Assembly: GCA_976551045.1 (NCBI GenBank)
Contig: CDPCPM010000351.1
Coordinates: 1,922,001-1,986,000 of the forward strand
Direction: 5' to 3'
DNA length: 64,000 nt
Source: Glaucostegus cemiculus
Lineage: Eukaryota
This document shows, in pieces, positions 1 to 11,638 of the stretch (its first letter is position 1; the number at the start of each line of letters is the position of its first letter). The notes below the pieces were generated by a model. That model was given only the letters and a program-made list of their open reading frames with translations, was not told where the DNA came from and did no database searches. A program made the position numbers and the translations under genes.

Positions 1-145
1 CGGACTGAGATGACTGACCTTCAGCAAGCACAGCCATTTTCCTTTGCATAATGCATGGCTCCAGTCACCAGAAATTTTTCCCTTTGATGCCCATTGATTT
101 CAGATTTACCGGGACTCTTTGATGTCATAATCAGATAAATATTAC

Positions 146-425
146 CTTGACAACAAGGGCAGCACTCTCACCTCACTGGTAGAATTTAGTTCTCGGGTCC
201 ATGTTTGTGATGAGCTCAGGAGGGCTGTGGTTCTGGTGAAGTCTGTACTGGACACTGAGCTGGTTATTGGTGAGCAAGTGCTGTTTGATGGCAAATTCCA
301 CCACTTTGATGATTGGCGGCGGATTGATGGACCAGTAATCACCCAGTTTTATGAACAGGACATACCTGGGCAATTTTCCAAACTCATTGGGATCCAGGAC
401 ATTGTGCAGGAAGTGCTGAAAGTGA
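146..425 (-). pseudogene. Relic exon: thrombospondin type-3 to C-terminal (TSP_C) junction
   Basis: TAG acceptor (plus 426-427) and AAG|GTAATA donor (plus 144-145). One frame gives TCSPITSSVSSTDF (238-279), and a shifted frame gives NMDP (194-205). Compare thrombospondin D.CPEN..IS.TDF..F....LDP. The motif is split by a frameshift and followed by a stop. Confidence 0.55.
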
Positions 426-814
426 CTAGTTCCAGAAAAAAAATTAAAGAGGGTAATGAACATGTACTTGAGGATGAAGAGCGATAGGCTGTGGACAAAA
501 ATCTTCCAGTTTATTTTAACCACATCTCTACGATTGCTGAAAACGGTTGTTGTTTTCATAAGCTCACAGCTCCACACACTGGGACACCCTCCTGCTGTTT
601 AACCTTTTGATCTTTTTTTTTACAATTCATTGACATTTTGGTCAGAACAGTAACAGGAAACAGATTACGTGGCAGGTAAACATCCAGTGGAAACAACATG
701 GTGACCTGAGCTGTTAAACACTCCTGGCTGCAGAGCACCCAGGATTTGTTACAAGTTTTAAGCCTGCCTGATCCATCCTCTCACATACGGTGAGACAGGT
801 CTCTACTATATGAG

Positions 815-1140
815 TGGCACAATGGTACAGCTGGTAGAGTCACTGCCTCACAGCTCCAGTGACCTGGGTTCAATCCTGACCCCCGATGTTGTGTGTGTGG
901 CTCTTGCACGTCCTCCCAGTGACCACGAGTTTCCTCCCACACCCCCAAAGCCATACAGGTTGGAAGGTTAATTGGCCACTGTAAATCGCCCGTAGTGTGT
1001 AAGTGGGTGGTAGAATCTGGGGCGGGGAGCTGATGGGAATGTGGGAAGAGTGGATTACAGGGAAAATTAGTGAGAAATGAGATTGAGCTGTGAGTTGGTG
1101 CAGACTTGAGGAGCTAAAATGGCCTCCTACTATGTCATAA
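815..1140 (+). mobile_element. tRNA-derived SINE
   Basis: A-box/B-box head (tggcacaatgg...ggttcaatcc) and conserved core. Similar copies at ~19690-20040(-), 27009-27310, 27965-28200, 34973-35290, 44345-44620, 60290-60640 and 63030-63340(-). Confidence 0.75.
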
Positions 1141-1599
1141 GCAAAATAGAAATATAGAATATATTCCATACAGCTTGATACTTAATGATATAATCATGTA
1201 ACCCTGGAGTGGAAATCTTGCAACAGATGTTGTGTCATTAAGTGGTGATACGATTGAGATGTTTGAGACGACAGAGAACAGTGACTTCCTCTGGCGAAAG
1301 AGTCCAGAGCAAGGGGGAACAACCTCAAAATCCGAGCAAGGCCATTGAGGGCTGATGCCAGAAAACATTCCTTCACACAAGTGTAATGCAAATCTAGAAT
1401 ATTCTAATCCCACACTCGTGAACCCGGAGCTCAATTGCAAATTGAGGTTGTCGGGCAAGGGTGTTTTGTGGTGAGGAACCAAGTTGGAGAGACTGAATTA
1501 AGGTGCAGATCTGCTATGATTGAATTAAGTGCTAGAATAAACTTGAGGGGCTGAATGGACTACAGCTTTTCTAGTTTCTAAAGATTCACTGAAAATTGT

Positions 1600-2560
1600 G
1601 GCTCTTGGACATTTTGGTGTCCTCATAAAAAGTTAGCATCCAGGTACAGCAAGTGATTATGGGAGGAAATGAAATGCCAGGCTTTATTGCAGATGGGTGG
1701 ACTACAAATGTAAGGATGTTTTGCTGGAACAACACAGGGCATTGGTGCTTTCGCCCTTCAAAAAATTCCTGTGTACCGTTTTTGTCTCTTTATTAAAAAT
1801 GGGAAGATTTGCATTGGAGATGATGCAGAGAAGGTTCAGTAGATTAATTCCTGTAATATAGGGGTGTCCTGTAAGGAAAAATTGAGCAGCTTGGGCCTGA
1901 AGTTCCTGGAATTCAGAAGAATGAGAAGAGATCTCATTGAAATATAAGATTCAGAGGAGGAATGGCAGAGTAAATGCTGTGAAGATGTTGTTCCTGAAGG
2001 AGGTATCTAGAACTTCAGGCAGACGTTCAGGATTAAGTATCATTCATCTAAGAACAGATAATGAGAATTTCTCTGTTGGAAGGTTGTTGTCACAATGTTG
2101 ATTGAAGAGCAAGCTCACAGAGAATCCAAATGCAGCACACTGGTACAAGACTGGAGTCAGGATACTTCCTCAGGACCAAACACAGGCAGCAACTGGAAGG
2201 AAATCTTGCCTTGGAGATCCCAACACAAACTGAATCTTCACACAGGACTAGAGAACACAGGAATGCTCTGGAGTAGACCACTCTAAGCAGCTCGGAGCCA
2301 AAGTATACCTGAAGGGTGACCAATCCTCTGGTGACTAGTGCTAGAGAAACCCAGGTACTTATGCTAGGCCCCTGATGGGGCTCAGGTGTGTGTCATTGTG
2401 CAATCAGTCCAGCATGGAATCCATGCGCTGTACAACGAGGCATCTAAGGAACCAAATCAAGGGCCAGTACTCAGAATCACGACAGTTGTGAATCTTTGAA
2501 ATCTGCTGCCTCAAAGAGCTGTGGATGTTAGGTCATTAACTACATCTAAAATGGGTGTTT
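1600..2560 (+). mobile_element. Degenerate CR1 LINE 3' ORF2 fragment (split by the LTR)
   Basis: CR1-type C-terminal sequence (ctggaattcagaagaatgagaagagatctcattgaaa; ggttgtgaatctttg). Confidence 0.7.
2088..2484. mobile_element. Solo LTR inserted into a CR1 LINE
   Basis: TGTCA...CGACA termini; 5-bp TSD GTTGT (2083-87 and 2485-89); a second copy lies at 53439-53825. Confidence 0.85.
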
Positions 2561-4426
2561 TTTGACTAGAGGTGAATTAGGAAATAAAAGCTGGAAGAAA
2601 TGGAGATACTCAACCGGTGGAGCAGCATCTTTGGAGAGAGGAGCAGAGTTAATATTTTAGGTTGATGACCTCTTGTCCATTTTAAGTGGCAGAGAAAGGG
2701 GGAAAGGGCAGAGAGAGCAGAAAGGAAGGACCAAGGGAAGGTGAAACTACCAAAAGAGGACCGAGAGAGGAAATGAGTGCCGTGGATGTGGGATACAGAG
2801 AGGAGGAGCTGATGATCTGAAACTGTTGAGTTCATTGTTGAGTCCTGAGGGCTTGAAAATTAGGAGATGACATTGAACCAGGGTAGGACAATAAAGACAA
2901 AAAAGTCAGAATGGGAATGGGAGAGACGGGGGGAAGAATTAAAGTGACAGGTGATGGGAAGCTCAGGGTCTACCTTTGCAGGCCGAACAGAGGTGTCCTG
3001 CAAAGTGGTCACCAAGTCCAACTGAGGTTTCCCCAGTGTAGAGGAGCCAGAACTGTGAGCACTGAGTGCAGTGCACTAGGAGTTTGTTTAGGTTCCTGGA
3101 TGGTGGGAAGGGAAGAGATAAAAGGGCAGGATTTGAACTCCAATGAGAAGTGCAGTGAGAAGGGGAATGGGGATTGGAGATAGACAATAGGAGCAGAAGT
3201 AGACCTTGCGGCCCTTCGAGTCTGCTCCGCCATTTTGAGATCATGGCTGATCATCTACCCTCAATAACCTGTTCCTGCCTTGTCCCCATATCCCCTGATT
3301 CCCCTATCTATAAGAAACCTATCTCTTCCTTGAAAGTGCCCAGTGTATTGGCCTCCACTGCCCTCTGAGGCAGTGCATTCCACAGATTTACCACCCTTTG
3401 TGAGAAGAAGTTTCTCCTCACTTCTGTCCTAAATGGCATACCCTTAATTAATTAATTTAATTAATTTAATTAATTAAATGGAAGGGTTGCAAAGAGAACA
3501 GTCTCTTCTGAATCCTGAAAAGGGAAGGAAGGGGTCAATGTGTCTGGTGATGGCATTGGAGGTGTCAGAAATAATGGAGGATGATGTGTTGAATGTGGAG
3601 ACTGGTGAGGAGAAAGGTGAGGTTAGGGGAATCCCTACCCTCGCTCTAGGTAGGAGGTGGAAGAGAGCAGAGGGACGGGAGTTCGAACACAGTTAAGAGT
3701 CGACAATGATAGGGAGAAAACCAAAGAAGAGGAGAAGGGAAGGTACCAAAGGGGCACTGGTGGATGTGGTGACATCAAAATAGGTGTGACAGAGAAACTG
3801 GAATAATGGAACAATGTCAGTACCAGAAGCAGCAGGAGAGAAATCCAGTCAAAATAGTTGTGGGGGAGCCTGTGGGCCTGTACTGGATACTGGTTGCTAA
3901 GCTGTCTCCTGAGATGGAGACAGAGAGCTCAAGGGTCGGGGATAACAAATGAAATGCTGAAGGAACTCTGCGGGTCGGGCAGCATCTGTGGAGAGAAATG
4001 GGCAGTTGATGTTTCGGGTCGAGACCCTTCATCTGGACTGGTGCAGGGTTTCGACCTGAACATCAGCTGTCTCGATTACCGATCAATGTGCCAGAAAAAC
4101 AAGTGAGGGAGGGTGCAGAGCAGGAATGAAGCAAATGCTGTTCTTCAGAGGCCACAGAGTGACAGGAGCCGAGGATTATGGGGACCAGTGGGGAAGTGGA
4201 GCTGGGGCCCCGGTCAGATTAGCTGTGATCTTGATGAAAGGACAAGCTTGTCGAGGGTCTGACAGTCAGTGCACCTTCCGTTGGCAGAAAGCAATTCTCA
4301 CACAAAGGTGAGTAGCAGTCTGGAACCATCCCTCACAAAAAGCTGTTGATATTGGTGGTCAATTAAAAATGTTTAAATTGAAACTACAAGTACCTAATAT
4401 TTCAAATACTAGCGAACATGTATTTA

Positions 4427-5135
4427 AGGCACTCAATGTCAGCAAAACCAAGGAACTGATTGTGGACTTCAGGAAGGGGAAGTTGGGAGAACACAGACCA
4501 GTCCTCATTGAGGGATCAGCAGTGGAAAGGGTGAGCAGCTTCATGTTCCTGGGTGTCGACATATCAGAGGATCTATCCTGGGCCCAACACATCGATGCAA
4601 TCACAAAGAAGGCTCTATTTTGTTAGGAGTTTGAGGAGGTTTGGTACGTCACCAAAGACTCTTACAAATTTCTATGGATGTACGGTGGAGAGCATTCTGA
4701 CTGGTTGCATTACAGTCTGGTATGGAGGCTCTAATGGACAGGATTGTAGGAGGCTGCAGAGGGTTGTAGACTCAGCCAGCTCCATCACGGGCACAGCCCT
4801 CCCCACCATCGAGGACATCTTCAAGAGGTGGTGCCTCAAGAACGTGGCAGCCATCATTAAGGACTCTCACCATCCAGGACATATCCTCTTCATGTTACTA
4901 CCATCAGGAAGGAAGTACAGGAGCCTGAAAACCTACACTCAATGATTTAGGAACAGTCTCTCCCCTCCCACCATCAGATTTCTGAATAGTCCGTGAACCC
5001 ATGAACACTATCTCATTATTCCTTTCTCTTGCACAATTTATTTTTATAGATTTTTGTGTCTTTGCTCTGTACTGCTGCTGCAAAACAACAAATTTCACGT
5101 CATATATCACTGATAATAAATCTACTTCTGATTCT
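4427..5135 (+). mobile_element. Rex1/Babar-type LINE 3' fragment (DUF1891-like)
   Basis: LNVSKTKELIVDFRK...VERVSSFMFLGVDISEDLSW and TNFYGCTVESILTGCITVWYG; frameshifted; short (TTCTGA)-type tail. Confidence 0.85.
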
Positions 5136-5579
5136 GATTAACATGAGAGGAGGCAAGTTTAAAGGAAATGTGCTGAGCAAATCTTTTACACGGAAAGTGT
5201 TAGGTCCCTGGAACGGACTGCTCGGGTGGTGGTGGAAGCAGATACAGTAGTGGTGTTTAATAGGCTTTTGGACAGCGCATGAATATGCAGGAAATGGAGG
5301 GATGTGGATTATGTGCAGACAGAAGAGATTTGGTTTAATTTGGCATCATGTTCAGCACAGACATTGTGGGCTGAAGGGCCTGTTCCTGTGCTGTACTGTT
5401 CTATGTTCTATATTCTATGTGACAGATTGACAGGAGAATTCAGGTTCAAGGAAGGCTGATGGTACAGCTCAAATGGAAGAAGCTTTAAAGGCTTTGTTGT
5501 GCTTTTGTTGGAACTGTTAGCATTGTTCAGCTTGCTCCGCAGAGCTCAATGTAATTTAAACTTTTATATGTGTTGAAAG

Positions 5580-5730
5580 GTCAAAGGCTAGTACTTGCCT
5601 CCTGGAGACCGACCCAAGAAGTCACCATGCAACAAGGCTCCCACCGAAGTTGCCAGGCATGCACTACAGCGCTGATGAACAGTGTCAGATTCTTTTTGGA
5701 ATCAATGCAACCTTCTGCAAAGAGATGGAG
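5580..5730 (+). CDS. ADAMTS17: ADAMTS17 internal coding exon (end of metalloprotease domain / start of disintegrin-like domain)
   Basis: AG acceptor at 5578-79, GTAATT donor at 5731; 151 nt (1 nt + 50 codons). Translates [50 protein letters not shown], close to human ADAMTS17 as recalled ([50 protein letters not shown]). Confidence 0.95.
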
Positions 5731-5872
5731 GTAATTTTACAGAGCATTCTCCGAAGTGGCTGCTGGATGGTATTTGCTGGGATTTTGTGTTGTGAGAGTG
5801 AGCACAGTTAAAAAACACATATTTCATGCCCACTTGCCATGTGAACTTTCACATATTCACTGAACTTTTCAC

Positions 5873-6058
5873 CTGCCCAGGTTTCTGCAAACAGATAACT
5901 CGTGTTCTAAACCAGCCGGCAGGCTCGTGGATTTCTGCAATGTTATGTTGGACTGGGACATTTGCAGCCCAGTTATCTTTTGGTGTTGGGTTGAGCAAGG
6001 AAGCTGCTATGGTTTTCCTACTCGCCCGCAGCAGTGAGAGTAAAACTTTGGTTGTGGG
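5873..6058 (-). pseudogene. Candidate relic exon of the antisense gene
   Basis: CTTCTCACAG acceptor and CAG|GTGAAA donor; one open frame PTTKVLL...PKDNWAANVPVQ...KPGQ. Phase is not compatible with the neighbouring candidate exon. Confidence 0.35.
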
Positions 6059-6239
6059 CTGTGAGAAGCAGGAATGTTTCACACATTCAGTCTCGCCTCC
6101 TACAGTCACACACAGTCTGTGTCTCCTCCCATCTCTCTCACTTACTTACAGAGACACACAGACACACACACACACCCTCCTCCTCCTGTCTCACACACAC
6201 AGGCTTTGCCTCCTCTGGTCTCTCACATGCTGTCTTTAC

Positions 6240-6397
6240 CTTCTCCAGTCACCACTCATTTCAAAGAACACTTCAGGTACAAATGAAAGGAAATGTAAAG
6301 GCAGTTTGTGGAGCATCAACCTAAATGTTGAAAGGAATTGGATCTTTTGAACAGTGGATTGAAGTGACCCTGGCAGCCCATCAACTCCTGAAAGTAC
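6240..6397 (-). pseudogene. Candidate relic exon of the antisense gene
   Basis: CATTCGCAG acceptor and AAG|GTAAAG donor; open frame VLSGVDGLPG...SGDWR. Confidence 0.35.
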
Positions 6398-6736
6398 CTG
6401 CGAATGAACAACCCGTCTCCACACAGACAGAATTGAAGAGTAAATACTTTAATTGCAATGGTGCCTAACACATCCCTCCAAGTCTTCCCTAAAACATTGC
6501 ACAACCAATAAAGTAGTTCTGATGTGTAACCACTGTTTTAAGGTAGGAAACACGACAATCACATTGCATACCATCAGCAGTCATCTAAATCCTGGAGCAG
6601 TTTTTTCTGAAGCCTACTCTCTGAATCCATTGCTGCTCGGCGTAAATGTGATGCCCCATGCAATGAAAACTGTCCGTGTTCCTGCAGCCATGGGATGTTG
6701 TGTTAGCAGTACAAGGAACACCCCCATCTCACTCAC

Positions 6737-6866
6737 CCCAACCTTCACCGCTACTGGACGAGTGTCACCATCCTCACAGCACACAGCTGTACACCATCCT
6801 CAAGAAACCACCCCAGTCCACACACTGCTAGCAGTGATCCTCCTACAGAGACAGCTGTCTTTCACA
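6737..6866 (-). pseudogene. Relic exon: thrombospondin-type last EGF domain
   Basis: TTACAG acceptor and GGG|GTGAGT donor. GSLLAVCGLGWFLEDGVQLC then, after a frameshift, CEDGDT. Compare TSP4/COMP G...CVCGVGWAGDG..CG.D.D. All three frames contain stops. Confidence 0.55.
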
Positions 6867-6984
6867 CTGTAACATTAAAGTCAACACAAGCTGGCTAGCA
6901 GCCCACAATATAAAGGGAGAATTCAAATGCCAAGTCTAACCACAGTTTGGAAAAAGCTCTCCCTTCACAGAAGCATGTGGGTTC

Positions 6985-7320
6985 CAATCTTCCTATTTTT
7001 TTCCTTCTGGCTTCTCTCCATCATTTTCTTCCCCTCTTTCCCATCTCCTCCCTGCTTTTCTCCTATTTTTCCATTTTCCCTCTTTCTCTTGTCCTTTCCA
7101 CACAAATTAACTTCATCATCCATCAGTTCACTCTTTTCCCCTCCTCTTCCTTTATCCAGTTCTTCCTGACTCTCTAATCTCCTTCCCTTTTCCCTGTATC
7201 TTTTCCTCTCTTCCCCAGTATTTTTCCATTTTCCTTCCCCCAGTCTATCCCTCTTTGTTCTCCCTCTTGCTCCTGCTCCCTCTTTGCTCTCCTGCTCCCC
7301 TCTCGGCCTCTTTCCCCTTC
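6985..7320 (+). repeat. Polypyrimidine low-complexity tract (continues at ~8175-8400 after the LINE)
   Basis: Almost purely C/T sequence, split by the Rex1/Babar insertion. Confidence 0.75.
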
Positions 7321-8170
7321 TTGGTATTGGTATTGGTTTATTATTGTCACTTGTACCGAGGTACAGTGAAAACTTGTCTTACAAACCAATTGTACAGGTC
7401 AATTCATTACACAGTGCAGTTACATTGAGTTAATACAAAGTGCATTGATGTAGTACAGGTAAAAACAATAACAGTACAGAGTAAAGTGCCACAGCTGCAG
7501 AGAAAGTGCAGGGCAATAAGGTGCAAGGTCACAACAAGGTAGATCGTCAGGTCATAGTCCATGTAATTGTATAAGGGAACCGTTCAATAGTCTTATCACA
7601 GTGGGGTAGAAGCTGTCCTTAAGTCTGGTGGTACGTGCCCTCAGGCTCCTGTATCTTCTACCCAATGGAAGAGGAGAGAAAAGAGAATGTCCTGGGTGGG
7701 TGGGGTCTTTGATTATGCTGGCTGCTACACCAAGACAATGAGAGGTAAAGACAGAGTCCAAGGAGGGGAGGCTGGTGTCCATGATGCACTGGGCTGTTTC
7801 ACAACTCTGCAGCTTCTTATGGTCTTGGGCAGAGCAGTTGCTGTACCAAGCCATGACACATCCAGATAGGATGCTTTCTATGGTGCATCAGTAAAAGTTG
7901 GTGAGAGTCAAAGGGGACATACCGAATTTCTTTAGCCTCCTGAGGAAGTAGAGGCATTGGTGGGCTTTCTTGGCTGTGACATCTACATGATTTGACCAGG
8001 ACAGGCTGTTGGTGATGTTCACCCCAAGGAACTTGAAGCTCTCAACCCTCTCGACCTCAGCACCGTTGACGTAGACAGGTGCATGTACACCGCCCCCTTT
8101 CCTGAAGTCAACGGCCAGCCCTTTTGTTTTGTTGGCATTGAGGGAAAGGTTGTTGTCATGACACCATTCC
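7321..8170 (-). mobile_element. Rex1/Babar-type LINE 3' fragment
   Basis: WCHDNNLSLNANKTK...VERVESFKFLGVNITNSLSW; 3' UTR ending in a (CAATAC)n tail. Confidence 0.85.
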
Positions 8171-8832
8171 ATTGACACATTCCACTTCTTTCTCCAGTCA
8201 CCCGAGCTGCTCACCTTCTCCCCTCTCTCCCCCTCCTTGTATTTTCCCATCTCCACCTTTCCCCTCTCCTGATGTCATTCCCTCCTCACTCCCTCTCCTT
8301 CTAAATGACTCCTCTCCCTCGCTGGTTCAATCTCCCTCTTCCCCAGATTTTGACTCCTCCAAGTGGATGTTAGAACAATCTCTTCCTCCGTTTCCTGCCT
8401 TCTGGTGCCTGAGGTCCCCATGCTCCTGTGGTGGGCCGAGGGTATCAGGAGAGAGCTTAAAGGACCTGAGATTACTAAGTGAGCCAGCTCACTGTTACAC
8501 AAGATCCCATTTTTCACCCTGACCTACAGGAGCGAGCAAGGCTTTGGTGGGACTCTTCGTTTTAATGTTGGCCTTGCAGATGTCAGTCAATAAATGAAAG
8601 CCACAACTGTAACATTACTCGACAGCAAACACCACCTAAACCGCTGCACTCCAAGCAAACTGAAGCTTGGAAACACATGTGCCACAGTGGCAGCAAGAGA
8701 GACTTATAAAATAGGGGCTTTGTTCTTGTCTGAATTTCTTGAAGTCTTGACCTCGCCCTTGTCGAGCATTTTCTGTGAACATATGGAGCTGATTAAAGAA
8801 CACGAACAGAACAATAAAGACCAGATGGATAC

Positions 8833-9142
8833 CAAGACCAGCCCTTTACTGTACTCTGCTGGTGAGACAAGAACGGCACATCTCAGCTGTTGCTGGGGTG
8901 TGGTGGGGTAGGGGTTGGTGTTGGTTGAGGGTGTAGGGATACGGTTTGGGTATAGGGGGAAGAGGCTTTCCATACAGGCTCCAGATGTAGTTGATGCAGA
9001 TTTTAGGAAGGCCTGCATGTCCAGCAGTTGCACACTTTTCAGAGAACATAATTACTGCATGTAATCCAGACCCTCCAGCCTGTCGATCAACTTGGTGCCC
9101 TCTCTAGTGGCCAGAATCCTCCCTGTACTGCGCTGGCCAAAA
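8833..9142 (-). pseudogene. Relic exon: Cys-rich EGF/TSP type-3-like
   Basis: TTTCATTCAG acceptor. GWRVWITCSNMFSEKCATAGHAGLPKICINY and, in another frame, RCAVLVSPAEYS. Frameshifted; 3' end uncertain. Confidence 0.4.
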
Positions 9143-9239
9143 CTGAATGAAACTCTAAGTCTGTTTGGGCTACTCTGCTATATCAGTTCAATAGTAATCC
9201 TTCCTTGATCCTTACAACTGACTTGTATACTCACTGAGG

Positions 9240-10200
9240 CTGCTGCAATAGGTTAACTTTCCAAATCAGGATTCCCAGATGTCTTTCATTTTCCATACAC
9301 AGCAGTTTCTTTCCATTTAAGTAAAGTCACTGCTGGATTTTTTAATCTCCACATGAAGCACCTTGCATTTCTGTTCACTGAATTCCAGCTGCTGTCTCGA
9401 ATATTCAAGTAGTCTCACCCCCTCCTCTAATTTACCCAAGCCAGCTTGGCAGTCTGTTTTGCATCAAACACAAACAGCCACTGTGTCAGTCACTCCCAGT
9501 TCTTCAATAACCTGTTGGTACTTCCATTAATCCTGGGTTTCTTTATTTTCGTTAACAGCTTTCCCTGAGGAATTCTGATTTTATTTCCAGATTTTGTTCT
9601 CCTGCAATCCATATGGATCAATCCATAGTCTTCCCTCGTGAGCACCTTCACTTCATACTCAATGAAATCTAGTAACTTAGATTGGCCAAACATTCCAATC
9701 CATGAATCCAGATGGTATATTTTCTGCTCCTGTGACAGTCCCATCCAGATGTTCTGTGATCCCACTGTTAGTACCCACATGGGTGTCAAACTCACAGGCT
9801 TGTAGTTGCCTTTCTGCCTCAGGCACCTCTCCGGTATTCGGAAATTTCTGGAAGATTTATGGCTAAGTTCTTGCAATTTCCTCCCTTACTTCCATGAGGA
9901 TGCTTGGATCTCTCTTATCCGGCCCCTGAGACAAATTCACCTTCAGTTTGCTCAGCTGTTTGGCAAACACGCTGTGAGTAATGAGAGCAGTCCCGCAGCT
10001 TCCCTGCAATACTCTGTCGTTAACTCTCCAAAACAAGGAATCACCTGCCTTCTCCTCAGCAAAGAAGTGAGGCAAAACATTGGACCTTGGAAACGTTGAT
10101 TTGTAGTCCCATTAGTACGACTTCTCTTGCGTTCTCACATCTGGTTGAAATACTTGTCCACCCATCAGTCGATCCTTTACCTACTTCAGCTTAGGTGCAG
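9240..10200 (-). mobile_element. Old CR1 LINE RT fragment
   Basis: GNYKPVSLT, LMEVREEIA and NGSTNRL..NW resemble degenerate CR1 RT motifs. Confidence 0.6.
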
Positions 10201-11498
10201 CCCCCCCCACCCCAGTCGCCACCCTAATTCTTGAGGCTTCTACATAACGGGTCATTGTGTATCCCGGAAGGGGTGAACCCTGGATCACACCCAACTCAGC
10301 ACTATCACATCAGAAGTTGTGTCCTATGCTGGGTCATAGAAACAGAGGAAAAATCTACAGCACAATTCAGGCCCTTCGGCCCACAAAGCTGTGCCGAGCA
10401 TGTCCCTACCCTAGAAATTACTAGGCTTACTCATAGCCCTCTATTTTTCTCATCTCCATGTACCTATACAACAGTCTCTTAAAAGACCCTATCATATCCA
10501 CCTCCACCACTATTGCTGGCACCCCATTCCACACACTCACCACTCTCTGAGTAAAAAAAAACTTATCCCTGACATCTCCTCTATATCTGCTCCCCAGCAC
10601 CTTAAACCTATGTCCTCGGTGGCCACCATCTCAGCCCTGGGGAAAAGCCTCTGGCTATCCACCATGGGTCATGGACGATACAGAAAAATTGACTGGAGAT
10701 ATTGCAAAGAAGAAGAACCTATTTATTCTCTCTCTCTTCACTCACACCTGGCACTGGTGTATTTATTCTAGATCTCGACCTTTATCTTCCTTTCTCGGTG
10801 TGGGATCGTGTACATGCAGTGTGGGAGGAAGACTCTTGTTCAGAGGGTTGGAGTTCTCTGTCTGTGAGAGTCCATTCTAATTTTCCTCCTCTTGTGTTTC
10901 TCCAAAACGTTTGACACTGATATCTCGGGGAAATTTGTAACCAAACTTATTACACTCGAGGACAGGGTGTGTTCAGAACATTTTAATATCACATAATAAA
11001 GACTTCCTTTTAATGTTTAGATTGTTTTCAGGAGTGGGACGTGATAGACTTTCTTTCTTGCTTCACGTCACTACGATACTCGATCAGGCTCTTCCGGGTG
11101 TGACTCACCCTGAGGTAATTTTGCATCAGTGACGCACACGATGATGTCATTCCCCACACAGTACTCTGATTGGAGCCCTGGGGCAACGCTCTCAGGTAAA
11201 TCCCTCACTCACCTTCAGCTTTGACCAGCCTCCTTCCCCCTCTCCCCCCCCCAAAAAAACCTTCCCATCCCCCCCCCCACTGACACACAGACACACGCAA
11301 ACTCCTGATATCATGATCTCTCTGAGGCCCAGACTCTGACCCCCAATTCCCCACCACCTGATCTCCTGAACCTCCACTGTCGCCCAGTCCTGACCTCAGA
11401 CCACAGCAGTGGTCAGCACTTCTCATTACTAACGCTGTGCAATGCCAGCTGAGACTCTGAGTGGTGGAGCAGCTGGTCTTTGGCTTGTGCTGCTGTAC

Positions 11499-11638
11499 CT
11501 ATCTCTGCACCTGCTGTGAGTGCACTTGAACCTCCGGAGTTGAAATCTCAGGAGTTTGGATAGCAGTGAAGAACCACACAACACAGCACCTGCTGTCAAC
11601 GGGTGATGTCTTGACATGCAACCCCATGGAATGTTCGT
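11499..11638 (-). pseudogene. Relic exon: calcium-binding EGF-like
   Basis: TTGTTACAG acceptor. HGVACQDI...CYPNS*DFNSGG then shifted FKC. Compare EGF_CA C.DIDEC...C.PNS.C.N..GSFKC. In-frame stops present. Confidence 0.5.

Noticed and set aside
173-577. 134-aa minus-strand ORF as an intact terminal exon
   Set aside because: The recognisable thrombospondin motif is split across two frames and a donor site follows the stop codon, which fits a frameshifted internal exon better.
3443-3478. (TTAA)n palindromic tract as a regulatory or piggyBac site
   Set aside because: Simple AT microsatellite at a junction between transposon fragments; no terminal inverted repeats seen.
6737-6866. In-frame TGA as selenocysteine, or a trypsin-like GVVSWG motif (TGVVS*GWC)
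   Set aside because: No SECIS element or other protease motifs seen; another frame gives a better thrombospondin EGF match, and the surrounding exons are generally decayed.
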